Shown here: one piece after another, positions 1-9,473 of the stretch
Layout: the number at the start of each line of letters is the position of its first letter
Numbering within the stretch: position 1 is the stretch's first letter
Assembly (NCBI GenBank): GCA_035636595.1
Contig: DASPYU010000016.1
Span: forward strand, 193,518-257,517
Length of the DNA: 64,000 nt
Origin: Thermoplasmata archaeon
Lineage (GTDB): Archaea; Thermoplasmatota; Thermoplasmata; RBG-16-68-12
Direction of reading: 5' to 3'
The notes under the pieces: model-generated
The model's input: only the letters and a program-made list of their open reading frames with translations
What the model was told of the DNA's origin: nothing
Database searches by the model: none
Translations under genes and position numbers: made by a program

Positions 1-521
1 TTCACCTCGATGCCGTTGACTCCGGCGGCAAATCCTTGGACGGACTCGCGGTACTCGAGAGACAGGAGATCAACAACGACCTTCGGACGCACCGCGCGGA
101 GGTACGCCGCGAGGATCAGCGGGAGTCCGTGATCGTGCCACCATCGGTTCAGTTTGCCGAATGGCGGCGTCTTCTCCGCCATGGAGAGTTTGTATCCGGG
201 AATCAGATCGCGCGATGCGACGAGGCCCCGCAGGGCGGACGCGATGACGACCTCGACGTTCGGCGCGCGGCCTTCCCACGCATCCCTCGGGATGCTGTGA
301 TACATGTTCCCATCGTACCGCTCGTAAGCCGGGAGGAGACCTTGTGTTGCAATCGACCCTGATGGACTCTGCGTCCGAACCTGCTCGCGGAGCGCCTCGA
401 GTTTCCCCCGAGCATCCGGCGGCAGGGCCTCTCCGATGGCATCCGTCCCGGCTTCCGGCGTGCCGCCCCTCAACTTCCGCGTGCTCTCTGGGGTAAGGAC
501 CACGATCTCGAATCGGGCCAT
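1..521 (-). CDS. YaaA/DUF328 (UPF0246) family protein, N-terminal part; continues beyond the window start
   Basis: Minus-strand frame with ATG at 521..519, absent from the ORF track because it runs off the window. Translation MARFEIVVLTPESTRKL...DLIPGYKLSMAEKTPPFGKLNRWWHDHGLPLI...VVDLLSLEYRESV parallels YaaA motifs (LISPAK-like start, PYRLEMG, INLASDEY). Confidence 0.5.
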   Translation of the reverse strand, partial: MARFEIVVLTPESTRKLRGGTPEAGTDAIGEALPPDARGKLEALREQVRTQSPSGSIATQGLLPAYERYDGNMYHSIPRDAWEGRAPNVEVVIASALRGLVASRDLIPGYKLSMAEKTPPFGKLNRWWHDHGLPLILAAYLRAVRPKVVVDLLSLEYRESVQGFAAGVNGIEV

Positions 522-644
522 GGCCGACGCATGATTCGTCGTCGCGGCTTAGCTCTTTGGCCGCTCGCTCTCCCGATTCACGCCGATTCTCCAATCCGGA
601 CCGGAATTCCCCTCCGGCCGCCGCCCGCAGGCCCGATGGCTCGA

Positions 645-1196
645 TCAGGAGGCCCGAGGGGTGGCGGGTCGCTTTGCGAGCCACCGCTCGACGACGTCCT
701 GGTGCCCGCGGGCATACTCAGTGGCGGCGAGGGCGCGGGGATCGTGCCACTGGAGCTGGGCGTACCACGGCGGGACCCGGAGCTCGAACGTCTTCGGCGG
801 CGCGGCGTCGATGAAGAACCAGATGTCATAGTGCATTTCGCCCGGCGCCTCCTTGGACGGATAGAAGTCGACCTCGCTCCGCGGCTCGGAGTAATGGGCG
901 CCGGGCATCCCCAACATCGTCTCTCCGATCCGCCGAGCGGCGTCGCGCGAGTCCTCGCCGAGCTTCAAGTGGCTCGCAGGAATCGTCCAGCCTTTCCCGT
1001 GGGTGCGGTATCGGCCCGGGTCGAGGCCGGCGAGCTCTTCCCACTTCGGATTGTCCGCGTACTTCCCGAGGAGGATCCGGTCGCCATTCGTGACGAACAG
1101 GAACGCGCAGACGCACAGGCCGCCGGGAGGCGGGCTCGTGAAGCCGGCGGGCGGCGCGCGTGTCGAAACCCAGAGGAACGGGCCACGGTCGCTCAT
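645..1196 (-). CDS. Nudix hydrolase-like protein (degenerate Nudix box)
   Basis: 183-aa ORF. Segment ASHLKLGEDSRDAARRIGETMLG resembles a Nudix box (GX5EX7REUXEEXGU). The opposite-strand 355-aa ORF is compositionally implausible (Arg/Gly/Pro-rich). Confidence 0.4.
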   Translation of the reverse strand: MSDRGPFLWVSTRAPPAGFTSPPPGGLCVCAFLFVTNGDRILLGKYADNPKWEELAGLDPGRYRTHGKGWTIPASHLKLGEDSRDAARRIGETMLGMPGAHYSEPRSEVDFYPSKEAPGEMHYDIWFFIDAAPPKTFELRVPPWYAQLQWHDPRALAATEYARGHQDVVERWLAKRPATPRAS

Positions 1197-1690
1197 GCAC
1201 TCCGGACCGCGATGCGAGGCAAAAGCTTTCGGTTCGTACGCCGGTGGGAAAGAACCGGAGGGTTTCTATCCTTCCTGCTCCGCCACCACGCGACGCTCAT
1301 CAACGGTGGAACGAACGCGTCACGATCTTGCTCGTGGTCCTTGCCATCGTCCTCGTGGTCGTCGCGGCGATTCTTGTGCCGCAGCCGCGCATCCGGCTCA
1401 CGGGCGTTCGATACCAAACGACCCCTTGTGATCTTGCGACAACGACCTTCGTGGCGACTGCGATCGTCACGCTCACGAACGAGGGCGCGGGGGACGGAGC
1501 GATCATCGTTCGCTTCTACGCAGATGGTCAGATGCGGGCGATGGGAAACTTCTTCGTACCGGGACATCGCACACTGGAGCGCGCTCTCGATGCCATGATC
1601 GGAGATTGTGCGTATCATCGGTACTCCGTCGACACGCTCATCCCGCCGAGCGAGGGATTTCACTCATCGGGGTCGGTGCTGGACCGGTGA
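1160..1690 (+). CDS. hypothetical membrane-anchored protein, start uncertain
   Basis: ORF with one strong TM helix (ILLVVLAIVLVVVAAILV) followed by a soluble domain. No ATG near the TM segment, so the true start is probably an internal TTG or GTG. The minus-strand overlapping ORF is Arg-rich junk. Confidence 0.3.
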   Translation: MSKPRGTGHGRSCTPDRDARQKLSVRTPVGKNRRVSILPAPPPRDAHQRWNERVTILLVVLAIVLVVVAAILVPQPRIRLTGVRYQTTPCDLATTTFVATAIVTLTNEGAGDGAIIVRFYADGQMRAMGNFFVPGHRTLERALDAMIGDCAYHRYSVDTLIPPSEGFHSSGSVLDR

Positions 1691-1760
1691 TTCGGTGAGA
1701 TGATGCGGCGGTTGAAGGCCCGCAAAGGACTAAGGCCCGCCCCCCATTGCCACGCAGTCC

Positions 1761-2744
1761 ATGAGCAGGAGTGATTCGAAGCGCAAGTTCAAGCGACTAT
1801 TTCTTGCGGCAGACTTGCACGGCTCGGAGATCGTCTTCCGCAAGTTCCTCGCCGCCGCGAAATTCTACGAGGCGGACGCCCTCCTCATCGGCGGCGACAT
1901 CACGGCGAAGGCGATCAGCCCGATCGTGCAGCAACGCGACGGGCGGTTCAGCACGCGCCTGGTGGGACAGTCCCGAGAGAATCTCAAGGAATCCGAAGTC
2001 GCCCCGATCCAGAAGGCGATCGCGGATTCGGGGCAGTATCCCGCCCGCCTCTCGGAAGAGGAATACGCCGCACTTCGCGCCGACCCGACGAAAGTCGATC
2101 GCTTGTTCACCGAACTCATGATCGACCAGATTCGGCGGTGGACGAACATGGCCGAGGAACACCTCGCGCGGCTCGGCATCCCTCTGTTCTGGATCGGCGG
2201 AAACGACGACAAGGAAGAAGCACTCGCGACGGTCGTCTCGACGCCGCACGTGCACTACGTCGACGAAACCGTCGCCCGATTCGACGAGGATCACGAGATC
2301 CTCGGGTTCGGGTGGACGAATCCGTCTCCGTGGAACACGCCTCGAGAGCTTCCGGAAGACCGGCTCGCGAAACGGCTGCGTCCCGTCCTGGACCGGGTGG
2401 AGGATCCGGCTCGCTGCATCTACCTGATCCACGCGCCGCCGTTCGGGACCGGGTTGGACATCGCCCCGAAACTCGACACCTCCACGGATCCGCCGAGGCC
2501 CGTGGTGCAAGGGGGCCAGCAGGTCCTCATCCCCGTGGGCAGCACGAGCTTCCGGGAGGCGATCCTCGAAAGGCAGCCGCTCCTCGGCCTCCACGGCCAC
2601 ATTCATGAGACAAAGAACGCGGCGAAGCTCAAGCGGACCCTCTGCGTGGACCCGGGATCCGAGTACAGCGCCGGGACGCTCCGGGGGGCGATTGTCAACC
2701 TCGAGCGAGACCGCGTCCTGAGCTACCAGTTCACGACGGGCTGA
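1761..2744 (+). CDS. calcineurin-like metallophosphoesterase
   Basis: 327 aa. LFLAADLHGS...LLIGGDITAK...WIGGNDD...IYLIHAPPFGTG...GLHGHIHE metallophosphatase motif series. Confidence 0.8.
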   Translation: MSRSDSKRKFKRLFLAADLHGSEIVFRKFLAAAKFYEADALLIGGDITAKAISPIVQQRDGRFSTRLVGQSRENLKESEVAPIQKAIADSGQYPARLSEEEYAALRADPTKVDRLFTELMIDQIRRWTNMAEEHLARLGIPLFWIGGNDDKEEALATVVSTPHVHYVDETVARFDEDHEILGFGWTNPSPWNTPRELPEDRLAKRLRPVLDRVEDPARCIYLIHAPPFGTGLDIAPKLDTSTDPPRPVVQGGQQVLIPVGSTSFREAILERQPLLGLHGHIHETKNAAKLKRTLCVDPGSEYSAGTLRGAIVNLERDRVLSYQFTTG

Positions 2745-2793
2745 GCAAGGCCTGCGCCGGCGATCCGACCCCGGACGAATTCCTTCGGCCGAC

Positions 2794-4473
2794 CTAGATC
2801 GGGGGCACTTCCTTGTAGGCCAGGTCGAGGTTGACCCCTATCCGCTTCAGGTACGCGCGACGAATGAAGTAGTACGCCACCCAGCCGAAGAAGATCAGCA
2901 CCACGATGTAGAGGAACAAGTTGCCGGAGTAGCCCAGGTTGCTCAGGTCCACGTTGACGAGGAACGGCACCGTCAGGAAGTAGTAGAGCATCAGGGCACT
3001 GAACACCGCAGCAATGACTCCGCAAATCGTGATCAGCGGAATCGGACCGACCTTGAACTTGGCGATCGGTGCGGTCGCGTAGACTTCTTTCCGGGTCCAC
3101 GGGAAGAGCGCGCCGCCGAGGGCGGTGCCCATATACATGACGGTCGCCACCGCCGTGACGGCCAGCGTATATGTCGTGTACCCGGGGACCAAGTTGTAGA
3201 CGTACGCAAAGACAAAGCCGCCGAGGATTAGGAAGATCACGTGCGCGTAGACCGGCGTGTGGGTCCTCGGGCTCACGTGGCTCAGGGCTTTCGGCAGCAC
3301 CCCGTCGATCGACATCGCAACGGCGACCCGGGTCCAGCCGACGATCACGTTGAACACCACCTGGATCGCATTCAGCGCGACGCCGATAATCATGAGGAAC
3401 AGGAGGATCGGGCTATCCGTGAGCATGATCGCCAGGGAGCTGAACCACGGCGGGATCGGAGGCTGGGGAAGTGCGGGCTGAAAGCTGAGGAACGCCGCAG
3501 CCCCGAGCCAGGTCTGGTCCACGGTCTGGACGATGACGAGGGCCAGCACCGCCATCATGATCATGCTGAAGACGCCGCCACCGAAGTTGATGAACATCTG
3601 GTTCTTCAGGCTCTGCGCTCCCTGGATTTCGCCCGCTTGCTCCTGGGCATACCCGACCCATCCAAGGCTCGTCAAGGCGACCGGGGTCACGAGGATCGTG
3701 CCGGCGATGGACAGCGTCCGGTCCGGGGTGAAGGCGTTAGCCGCGGCGTTCGTCATGATCGCCGCGTAGGCACCGGATCCTCCGCCCACCATGGCAGCCG
3801 CCCGGTCGTATCGGGCGATGAATTGAGCATTCGACGTGGTGAGGAACAGGATCACCATGAGGACGTAACTCAGCAGGAAGCCGTACCACATGATCCATTG
3901 GAGTTTGACAAACCACCGGAAGCTCTTGATGAGGACGAGGGCCGCGATCGTGGAGGAGACCATCGTGACGATCGTCGGGCCCCAGCCGACGAGGTACCAG
4001 GCGCCCCAGTCGATCAGGGATTGATTGTTCGTCATGATCCCGAGGCCCGTGAGCATCGGGTAGACGCCGAGGACGGACAGGAGCCAGCCGCCGAGTGCCT
4101 GCCACTGGAGGAAGAAGGTGATGATCATCGTCGCGACCGTCGCGAATCCCAGCCACGGCCGCAAGGTCCGACTTTGGAACACGTAATCGCCGCCGGTCCG
4201 CGGCATCGCGGAGGCGAGGCCCGCGTACACGACCGCCAAGAACGATGTGAAAAGCCCGCAGAGGAGGATCCCCGCCCAGATCGAGGCGCCGTTCTGGAAG
4301 GCGATCGTCGTGATGTACACCCAGGGGAAAATCACGCCGATGTTCAGCACGTTGTACGCGAACGCCGAGTACGGCGACATGACCCGGACGAGCCCGGACG
4401 CCCGTCGCGTGAACACCTGGACTTGTGCGGTCGCCTGCGCTCCCGGCCTGGCAAAAACGTCGACTTCGCCCAT
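2794..4473 (-). CDS. APC-superfamily amino acid/polyamine permease
   Basis: 559 aa, about 12 predicted TM helices, GGDYVF motif, ATG start. The overlapping plus-strand 420-aa ORF is an antisense artefact. Confidence 0.85.
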   Translation of the reverse strand: MGEVDVFARPGAQATAQVQVFTRRASGLVRVMSPYSAFAYNVLNIGVIFPWVYITTIAFQNGASIWAGILLCGLFTSFLAVVYAGLASAMPRTGGDYVFQSRTLRPWLGFATVATMIITFFLQWQALGGWLLSVLGVYPMLTGLGIMTNNQSLIDWGAWYLVGWGPTIVTMVSSTIAALVLIKSFRWFVKLQWIMWYGFLLSYVLMVILFLTTSNAQFIARYDRAAAMVGGGSGAYAAIMTNAAANAFTPDRTLSIAGTILVTPVALTSLGWVGYAQEQAGEIQGAQSLKNQMFINFGGGVFSMIMMAVLALVIVQTVDQTWLGAAAFLSFQPALPQPPIPPWFSSLAIMLTDSPILLFLMIIGVALNAIQVVFNVIVGWTRVAVAMSIDGVLPKALSHVSPRTHTPVYAHVIFLILGGFVFAYVYNLVPGYTTYTLAVTAVATVMYMGTALGGALFPWTRKEVYATAPIAKFKVGPIPLITICGVIAAVFSALMLYYFLTVPFLVNVDLSNLGYSGNLFLYIVVLIFFGWVAYYFIRRAYLKRIGVNLDLAYKEVPPI

Positions 4474-4671
4474 CGGCCTCGCCCCCGCTCCCGCCGCCAG
4501 TAACCGGTCGTCCGCTCATCAAGCTTTTGCAGTCCGCGACTCCGTTGGAACGGGACGCCCCGGGCACATCCTTATACGGACCTTCCCATTCGCGCGAACG
4601 CGCGTTGGCTGCGACGAGCCTCCCCGGTCCGCGTCGGGCTTGGAGGCCGCCCGCCTCACCCCCGTGCGACC

Positions 4672-5514
4672 ATGCCAAACGAACCGACCTTCGTGGCTCT
4701 CGGAGAGGAGGATTTCCTCCGCGCGGCGCGGTCGATCGTCGACGCGGCTCAGGCGCACGGGACGGCATTGCGGATCCTCGGATCCCTGGGGATCTACGCC
4801 CACTCGTTGCACGTGCCCGAATGCATCTCGTTCTTCCACCGCGTCGGGCGCGTCCGCGAGGGCACGCCCTTGTTCACGGACCTCGATCTGATGGGGTACG
4901 CGAGTCAAGGCCGCTCGATCAGCCGCGTGTTCGAAGGCCTCGGGTTCCGGCCAGACGAAATGATCAACGGCTTCTTCGGCGATCGGCGGCTCATATACTA
5001 CGAGGGCAAGAATCGGTTTCACGTCGACATCTTCCTCGACAAACTCGAATTCAGCCACGACGTCTTGTTCGGGAAGAAACCGGGGAATGGACGGCTCGAG
5101 CTCGACTCCCCCACGATTTCGCTCACGGACATGGTCCTCGAGAAGCTGCAGATCCACCAGATCGGCCGGAAGGATCTCGTGGACCTGATCGTGCTATTCC
5201 TCGGCCACGACGTGGAAAGCGCGCCGAACGGAGATCGGGAGGCGATCGATGGCGGACACATCGCAGGCCTCCTCGCGGACGACTGGGGGTTCTGGTACGA
5301 ATCGACGCAGAACCTTGCGAAGACGAGACAGCTGCTCCGCAATTTCGTCGCCGAAGGAAAGATCCCCGCGGAGTTCGCGAACCGAGTCGAAGGCCGGATC
5401 GGAAAACTCGAGAGCGGCGTCCAGTCCGTCCCCAAGGGGCGGCACTGGGAGAAGCGGGCCAAGGTCGGCACCGCGAAGCCGTGGTTCCGAGAGGTCGAGG
5501 AAATCGTCCGATAG
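4672..5514 (+). CDS. nucleotidyltransferase-fold (Pol-beta superfamily) protein, hypothetical
   Basis: ILGSLGIYAHS...TDLDLMGY matches the hG[GS]...DxD minimal nucleotidyltransferase signature. ATG start. Confidence 0.5.
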   Translation: MPNEPTFVALGEEDFLRAARSIVDAAQAHGTALRILGSLGIYAHSLHVPECISFFHRVGRVREGTPLFTDLDLMGYASQGRSISRVFEGLGFRPDEMINGFFGDRRLIYYEGKNRFHVDIFLDKLEFSHDVLFGKKPGNGRLELDSPTISLTDMVLEKLQIHQIGRKDLVDLIVLFLGHDVESAPNGDREAIDGGHIAGLLADDWGFWYESTQNLAKTRQLLRNFVAEGKIPAEFANRVEGRIGKLESGVQSVPKGRHWEKRAKVGTAKPWFREVEEIVR

Positions 5515-5523
5515 GATGCCCGG

Positions 5524-6063
5524 TCAGCGGTTCTCGTCGTACGCCCGCTGCAACCAACGCAGGACTTCCGAATCCACTTCGTCGCGCGCCTTGAGACCAA
5601 TCTGGACGTGCATCGTCTCTTGAATCTTTGAGGGTTGTAGCCGACCGCCCGGCTTTTGACCGTCGAGCCGGAGGCCCAGGTCGACGCGGTTCTTCGTCGT
5701 CGGCTGGATCCTCGCGAACGTCCTACGCGGCGAGACGAGCGACACGTAGGTCTTGCGCGCTTGGATCGTGACGTTGCCCAAGTCCGCGACCGCGTCGATG
5801 AGGGCGTCGAAGATGGGCCGGAGCTGCGGTCGGTCCGCGTACTGACCGTCCACGAGTTCGTCGGCGGACGCGAGAAGGAAGTCCGGATAACCGAAGCGTT
5901 CCATCACGAGGAGCGACTGCGCGTAGCCGGTCACGCCCTGTTTTGTCAGCCAGGTCCGGAGCTGGTCCTCGGTGTCGAACCGCTCCTTCTTGATGCGCCG
6001 ATACCACGCGGCGACCCCTTCTCCCGTACGTTCTTCGAGGAGTCTCGCGGACATGTCCTGCAT
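5524..6063 (-). CDS. DUF4287/DUF5655 domain protein
   Basis: N-terminus MQDMSARLLEERTGEGVAAWY is DUF4287-like. C-terminus TYVSLVSPRRTFARIQPTTKNRVDLGLRL is DUF5655-like. ORF track starts at GTG 6090. First ATG is at 6063. Confidence 0.65.
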   Translation of the reverse strand: MQDMSARLLEERTGEGVAAWYRRIKKERFDTEDQLRTWLTKQGVTGYAQSLLVMERFGYPDFLLASADELVDGQYADRPQLRPIFDALIDAVADLGNVTIQARKTYVSLVSPRRTFARIQPTTKNRVDLGLRLDGQKPGGRLQPSKIQETMHVQIGLKARDEVDSEVLRWLQRAYDENR

Positions 6064-6201
6064 GGCTTTCCAGTCCCAGGTTTCGGCCACTCGCCTCGCC
6101 GTCCACTGCGCGGACGCCCGATTGCTGTGGGCCGAGGAAAACCTTTCGCAGACCGCGACGGTCGCGCTACGAAGCCTCTGGAGCGAGGCGAGGCTGCAGG
6201 C

Positions 6202-6618
6202 TTACGCGTACCTTTTCTCAATCTCGGCGAAGAAGGCCTTGGCGAGCCGAACGAAGTCGGCTTCGCTCACGTGGACCTCGTCGCCCGGCTTCAGCTTCAG
6301 CACGGACTTGTCCGCCGGGAGCGTGAGTCCCGAGACGGCGGAGTTCGGCCACCCGGGGAGCCGGTCGATCTGGAGCTTGCCCTCGTTGAGCACGATCGAG
6401 TTGGATAGGATCCGGACCTCGTTCAGCGGGTTGCCGTCCTTGCCTTCGATGCCGGAGAGCCGGTGCACGAACATGTATTCGAGCTTCAGGACGAGGTTGT
6501 TGAAGAACGGGGTCTCCAGTCCCTTGGCGCCGGATTTCTTGAACGTACGTACGTCGGCGTCGATCTTCGTGCGGCATGCATCCACGTAAGCTCTCTCGTA
6601 GGTTTTCATTCCGAGCAT
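6202..6618 (-). CDS. hypothetical protein
   Basis: 138-aa ORF with ATG start and plausible composition. No recognisable domain. Confidence 0.4.
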   Translation of the reverse strand: MLGMKTYERAYVDACRTKIDADVRTFKKSGAKGLETPFFNNLVLKLEYMFVHRLSGIEGKDGNPLNEVRILSNSIVLNEGKLQIDRLPGWPNSAVSGLTLPADKSVLKLKPGDEVHVSEADFVRLAKAFFAEIEKRYA

Positions 6619-6619
6619 C

Positions 6620-7225
6620 TTATCGGTCCTCCTCGCGAGTTGGGTATTGTTCCTGAACCTTCGAGACGCGCTCCCGGAAGTCTTCGAATGGCAGCCCGGC
6701 CAGCTGGGCCTCTAGGCGGTCGAGGACGACGTGCGTCGCGGGCCTCGCGCCGAGCGCGCTCTGGCGCGTCAGCTTCCTGTGCGTCAGCGTCAGAAGAGTT
6801 TCCTGGCCCTCCGGCCGAAGCTCCCAGCGCACGATGGCATCCTCGCCGTTCGGCATTCTCCCCCAGGGTTGGACTTTCCATTCGTACTCGAAGACGCGGG
6901 GAGGCTCCCAGACCAGGATTCGCCCCGTCACGTGCAACTGACCGGGTCCGGTGTGGAAGTCGATCGATCCGCCAGTCCGGCCATCGATGACAGCCTTCGT
7001 CAGGTACCATCGCGCGAGGTGCTCCGGTTCCGTCAGCGCTTCCCATACCGCCTCGATCGGATGCGGGATGCGCCGTTCAAACCGGAGGGTCGCCTGGTCG
7101 CCTTCGAATGTGAGTGTGCCCCGTCGCGAGGTCGGGGATGTCGTCACTCGGTTCGTTGCTCCTTCGACTTCGCCCGGTGATTGCGGGAGGGGCATCTTTA
7201 ACACACCGCCGACTGCTCGCGTCAT
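6620..7225 (-). CDS. SRPBCC/AHSA1 (activator of Hsp90 ATPase-like) domain protein
   Basis: ATLRFERRIPHPIEAVWEALTEPEHLARWY is the AHSA1/SRPBCC signature. Start taken at internal ATG 7225 (MTRAVGG), which overlaps the ArsR stop as ATGA. The ORF track's longer 7327 start would overlap arsR by about 100 nt. Confidence 0.7.
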   Translation of the reverse strand: MTRAVGGVLKMPLPQSPGEVEGATNRVTTSPTSRRGTLTFEGDQATLRFERRIPHPIEAVWEALTEPEHLARWYLTKAVIDGRTGGSIDFHTGPGQLHVTGRILVWEPPRVFEYEWKVQPWGRMPNGEDAIVRWELRPEGQETLLTLTHRKLTRQSALGARPATHVVLDRLEAQLAGLPFEDFRERVSKVQEQYPTREEDR

Positions 7226-7566
7226 CGCTTCTTCCTCTTGGCCTTCTCTCCGACCGCCCGTGCGTCCAAGTACCGTCCGAGGGCGTCGAGCGCGTCGGGC
7301 CAGATTGCCTGGTACTTCGCGACCCACTCATACAGGTCGGCGAGGCCTTCGGGGTTCAGCGTGTAGATGCGTTGCTGAGCCTGGACCGCGACCTGGACCA
7401 GCTTCGCCTTCCGCAGGATCTTGAGGTGGCGCGAGACGCCGGGCTGCGTAAGGCGCGGGAACTCGGCGACGATGCGTCCTGCGTTGCGGGGACCCCGGGC
7501 GAGCAGGTCGAGGACGGCTCGCCGAGTCGGGTCCGCGATCGCCGAGAAGACATCGGTCCCCGTCAT
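7222..7566 (-). CDS. ArsR/SmtB family transcriptional regulator
   Basis: 114 aa. ADPTRRAVLDLLARGPRNAGRIVAEF...QPGVSRHLKILRKAKLV winged HTH. Classic ArsR-SRPBCC pair. Confidence 0.85.
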   Translation of the reverse strand: MTGTDVFSAIADPTRRAVLDLLARGPRNAGRIVAEFPRLTQPGVSRHLKILRKAKLVQVAVQAQQRIYTLNPEGLADLYEWVAKYQAIWPDALDALGRYLDARAVGEKAKRKKR

Positions 7567-7592
7567 CGGTCGCCCCCTGGAGGACCTGTGCC

Positions 7593-8003
7593 TCAGCCCT
7601 TTCGCGGCGGCGCGGGGCCCTGCTCGAGCAGAGTAAGGTGGTTGCCGTCCGGGTCCGTGAAGTACCCGGCGATGCCGTAGTTCGCCTCGACGGGCGCCGG
7701 GTCCTTGAACTTCACGCCGCGCGCCTTGAGGATCTCGAAATCCTTGCGGCAGTCGTTCGTCTTGAAGACCCAGTGGTTCCCTCCGCTGCCGGCCTCCGGC
7801 GGCGCGCGCGGATCCACCTTGTACGTACCTTGGAACAGGATGAATTCGAGGTCCTGCCCCTTGACCCCCACGGTGACCCAGCGTGGGTTGCCTGGCAATT
7901 GGTAGTCCGCACGCTTCTCCAGCCCGAGCACGTCCGTGTAGAACCGGAGGGCTTTCTCTTGGTCGCTCACGACAATCGGCACATGTGTCACTTTCTCGAT
8001 CAC
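7593..8003 (-). CDS. VOC/glyoxalase-bleomycin resistance family protein
   Basis: 136 aa. HVPIVVSDQEKALRFYTDVLG, VOC fold. GTG start. Confidence 0.75.
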   Translation of the reverse strand: MIEKVTHVPIVVSDQEKALRFYTDVLGLEKRADYQLPGNPRWVTVGVKGQDLEFILFQGTYKVDPRAPPEAGSGGNHWVFKTNDCRKDFEILKARGVKFKDPAPVEANYGIAGYFTDPDGNHLTLLEQGPAPPRKG

Positions 8004-8020
8004 GGTCCTGACCTCGAACA

Positions 8021-8028
8021 GTATATAA
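8021..8028 (-). promoter_or_regulatory. TATA-like box for the VOC gene (leaderless-type spacing)
   Basis: gtatataa in an AT-rich patch about 20 nt upstream of the GTG at 8003, on the minus strand. Confidence 0.3.
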
Positions 8029-8214
8029 CGAATTGGTTATTTAGCGCTTCGGTTATGTTTGGACCGACACCGCGCAGTTTACCGCAGCCTTCTGCGGACT
8101 CTCGCCTAGCGTCGGTCGAGGAAGCGAGTGGTTACCGGGGTGTCGGCACTCGGTGAACAAACTCAATAGGCGACGAGTCGTTGACCCACCGAGAACTCAC
8201 AGGGAGCCACCGAC

Positions 8215-8739
8215 ATGCCGCAAAAGACGAAGAGACCGCCACGCAAGACTGAGACCGCTTCGCAGGAGATCATCCCGTCCCTCTGGTTCGACCGCCAAGC
8301 CGAGGAGGCCGCGCGGTTCTACGTATCCCTGTTCCCGGACTCGCACGTCGACAAGGTCGTCAAAGCCCCCTCGGACTCCCCGAGCGGGAAACAGGGAGAC
8401 GTCCTCTCCGTCGACTTCACCCTGATGGGCCGGAAGTTCAGCGGCCTAAACGGCGGACCGTATTTCAAGTTCAACGAAGCCGTCTCATTCACCGTTCCGT
8501 GCGAGAGCCAGGCCGAGGTGGACCGATACTGGAAGGTTCTCTCGGCGGTACCCAAGGCCGAGCAATGCGGGTGGGTGAAGGACCGCTACGGTCTCTCGTG
8601 GCAGATCGTGCCAACGATGCTGTACGGGCTCCTCGCCGACCCGGACCGTAGGAAGGCCGGGCGCGTGATGGACGTGATGCTCAAAATGAAGAAGCTTGAC
8701 ATCAGGACACTGCAGCAAGCCTACGAGAACGCCAAGTGA
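8215..8739 (+). CDS. PhnB-like VOC-superfamily protein (3-demethylubiquinone-9 3-methyltransferase-like domain)
   Basis: 174 aa. IPSLWFDRQAEEAARFYVSLFPDS...WQIVP pattern. AGGGAG Shine-Dalgarno upstream. Confidence 0.7.
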   Translation: MPQKTKRPPRKTETASQEIIPSLWFDRQAEEAARFYVSLFPDSHVDKVVKAPSDSPSGKQGDVLSVDFTLMGRKFSGLNGGPYFKFNEAVSFTVPCESQAEVDRYWKVLSAVPKAEQCGWVKDRYGLSWQIVPTMLYGLLADPDRRKAGRVMDVMLKMKKLDIRTLQQAYENAK

Positions 8740-8753
8740 CGGGAGGCGACTCC

Positions 8754-9416
8754 ATGAGGAAACTTGTTGTCGGCGCCTTTCTGACGCTCGACGGGGTCAT
8801 GCAGGCCCCGGGCGGCCCGGATGAGGACCGTGAGGGCGGGTTCGCGCACGGCGGATGGTCGGTGAAGTATTGGGACGACATGATGGGCAAACTCATCGTT
8901 GAGCAGACACTGAGACCCGACGCGCTGTTGCTCGGCCGCAAGACGTACGAGATCTTTGCCTCGCACTGGCCACGGGTGACGGATCCGAAGGATCCCGTGG
9001 CTTCCAAGCTGAACAGCATGCGGAAGTACGTCGCCTCACGAACGCTTCGCAACTTGGATTGGCACAACGCCACCCTGTTGCGCGGCGATGCCGCGACCTC
9101 CGTCGCACGGCTCAAGCAGCAAGCCGGAGGCGAAATTCACGTGACGGGGAGCTCCAACCTGATCCAGACGTTGTTGAAGCACGACCTGGTCGACGAGTTC
9201 CGCTTGTGGGTCTTTCCGGTCATGGTGGGCCCGGGGAAACGGCTTTTCGGAGACGGGACCGTCCCTGGGGCTTTCCGGCTGGCGGACACCGCGACGTCGA
9301 GCACCGGCGTCGCCATCCACCGCTACGAACGGGCCGGAAAACTCGAGGTCGCTGAGTTCGCGGTGGACGAGCGTGGCCGCAGCGCGGCGCTCTGGGAGGA
9401 TAAGGCCGACAAGTAA
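8754..9416 (+). CDS. dihydrofolate reductase-like (RibD C-terminal domain) protein
   Basis: MRKLVVGAFLTLDGVMQAPGGPDED...LLLGRKTYEIFASHWP, YyaP/RibD_C family. ATG 8754 has GGGAGG 8 nt upstream. ORF track begins at GTG 8736. Confidence 0.8.
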   Translation: MRKLVVGAFLTLDGVMQAPGGPDEDREGGFAHGGWSVKYWDDMMGKLIVEQTLRPDALLLGRKTYEIFASHWPRVTDPKDPVASKLNSMRKYVASRTLRNLDWHNATLLRGDAATSVARLKQQAGGEIHVTGSSNLIQTLLKHDLVDEFRLWVFPVMVGPGKRLFGDGTVPGAFRLADTATSSTGVAIHRYERAGKLEVAEFAVDERGRSAALWEDKADK

Positions 9417-9473
9417 ATCCCCAGGCGGGAATCGAGTCCCAACCTGCTAGCCTCCCCTCGACATCGCGCGGCC

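Noticed and set aside
531-1598. 355-aa plus-strand ORF
   Set aside because: Overlaps the YaaA-like and Nudix-like minus-strand genes. Arg/Pro/Gly-rich junk.
3241-4503. 420-aa plus-strand ORF
   Set aside because: Antisense to the APC permease. His/Asp/Arg-rich, non-protein-like.
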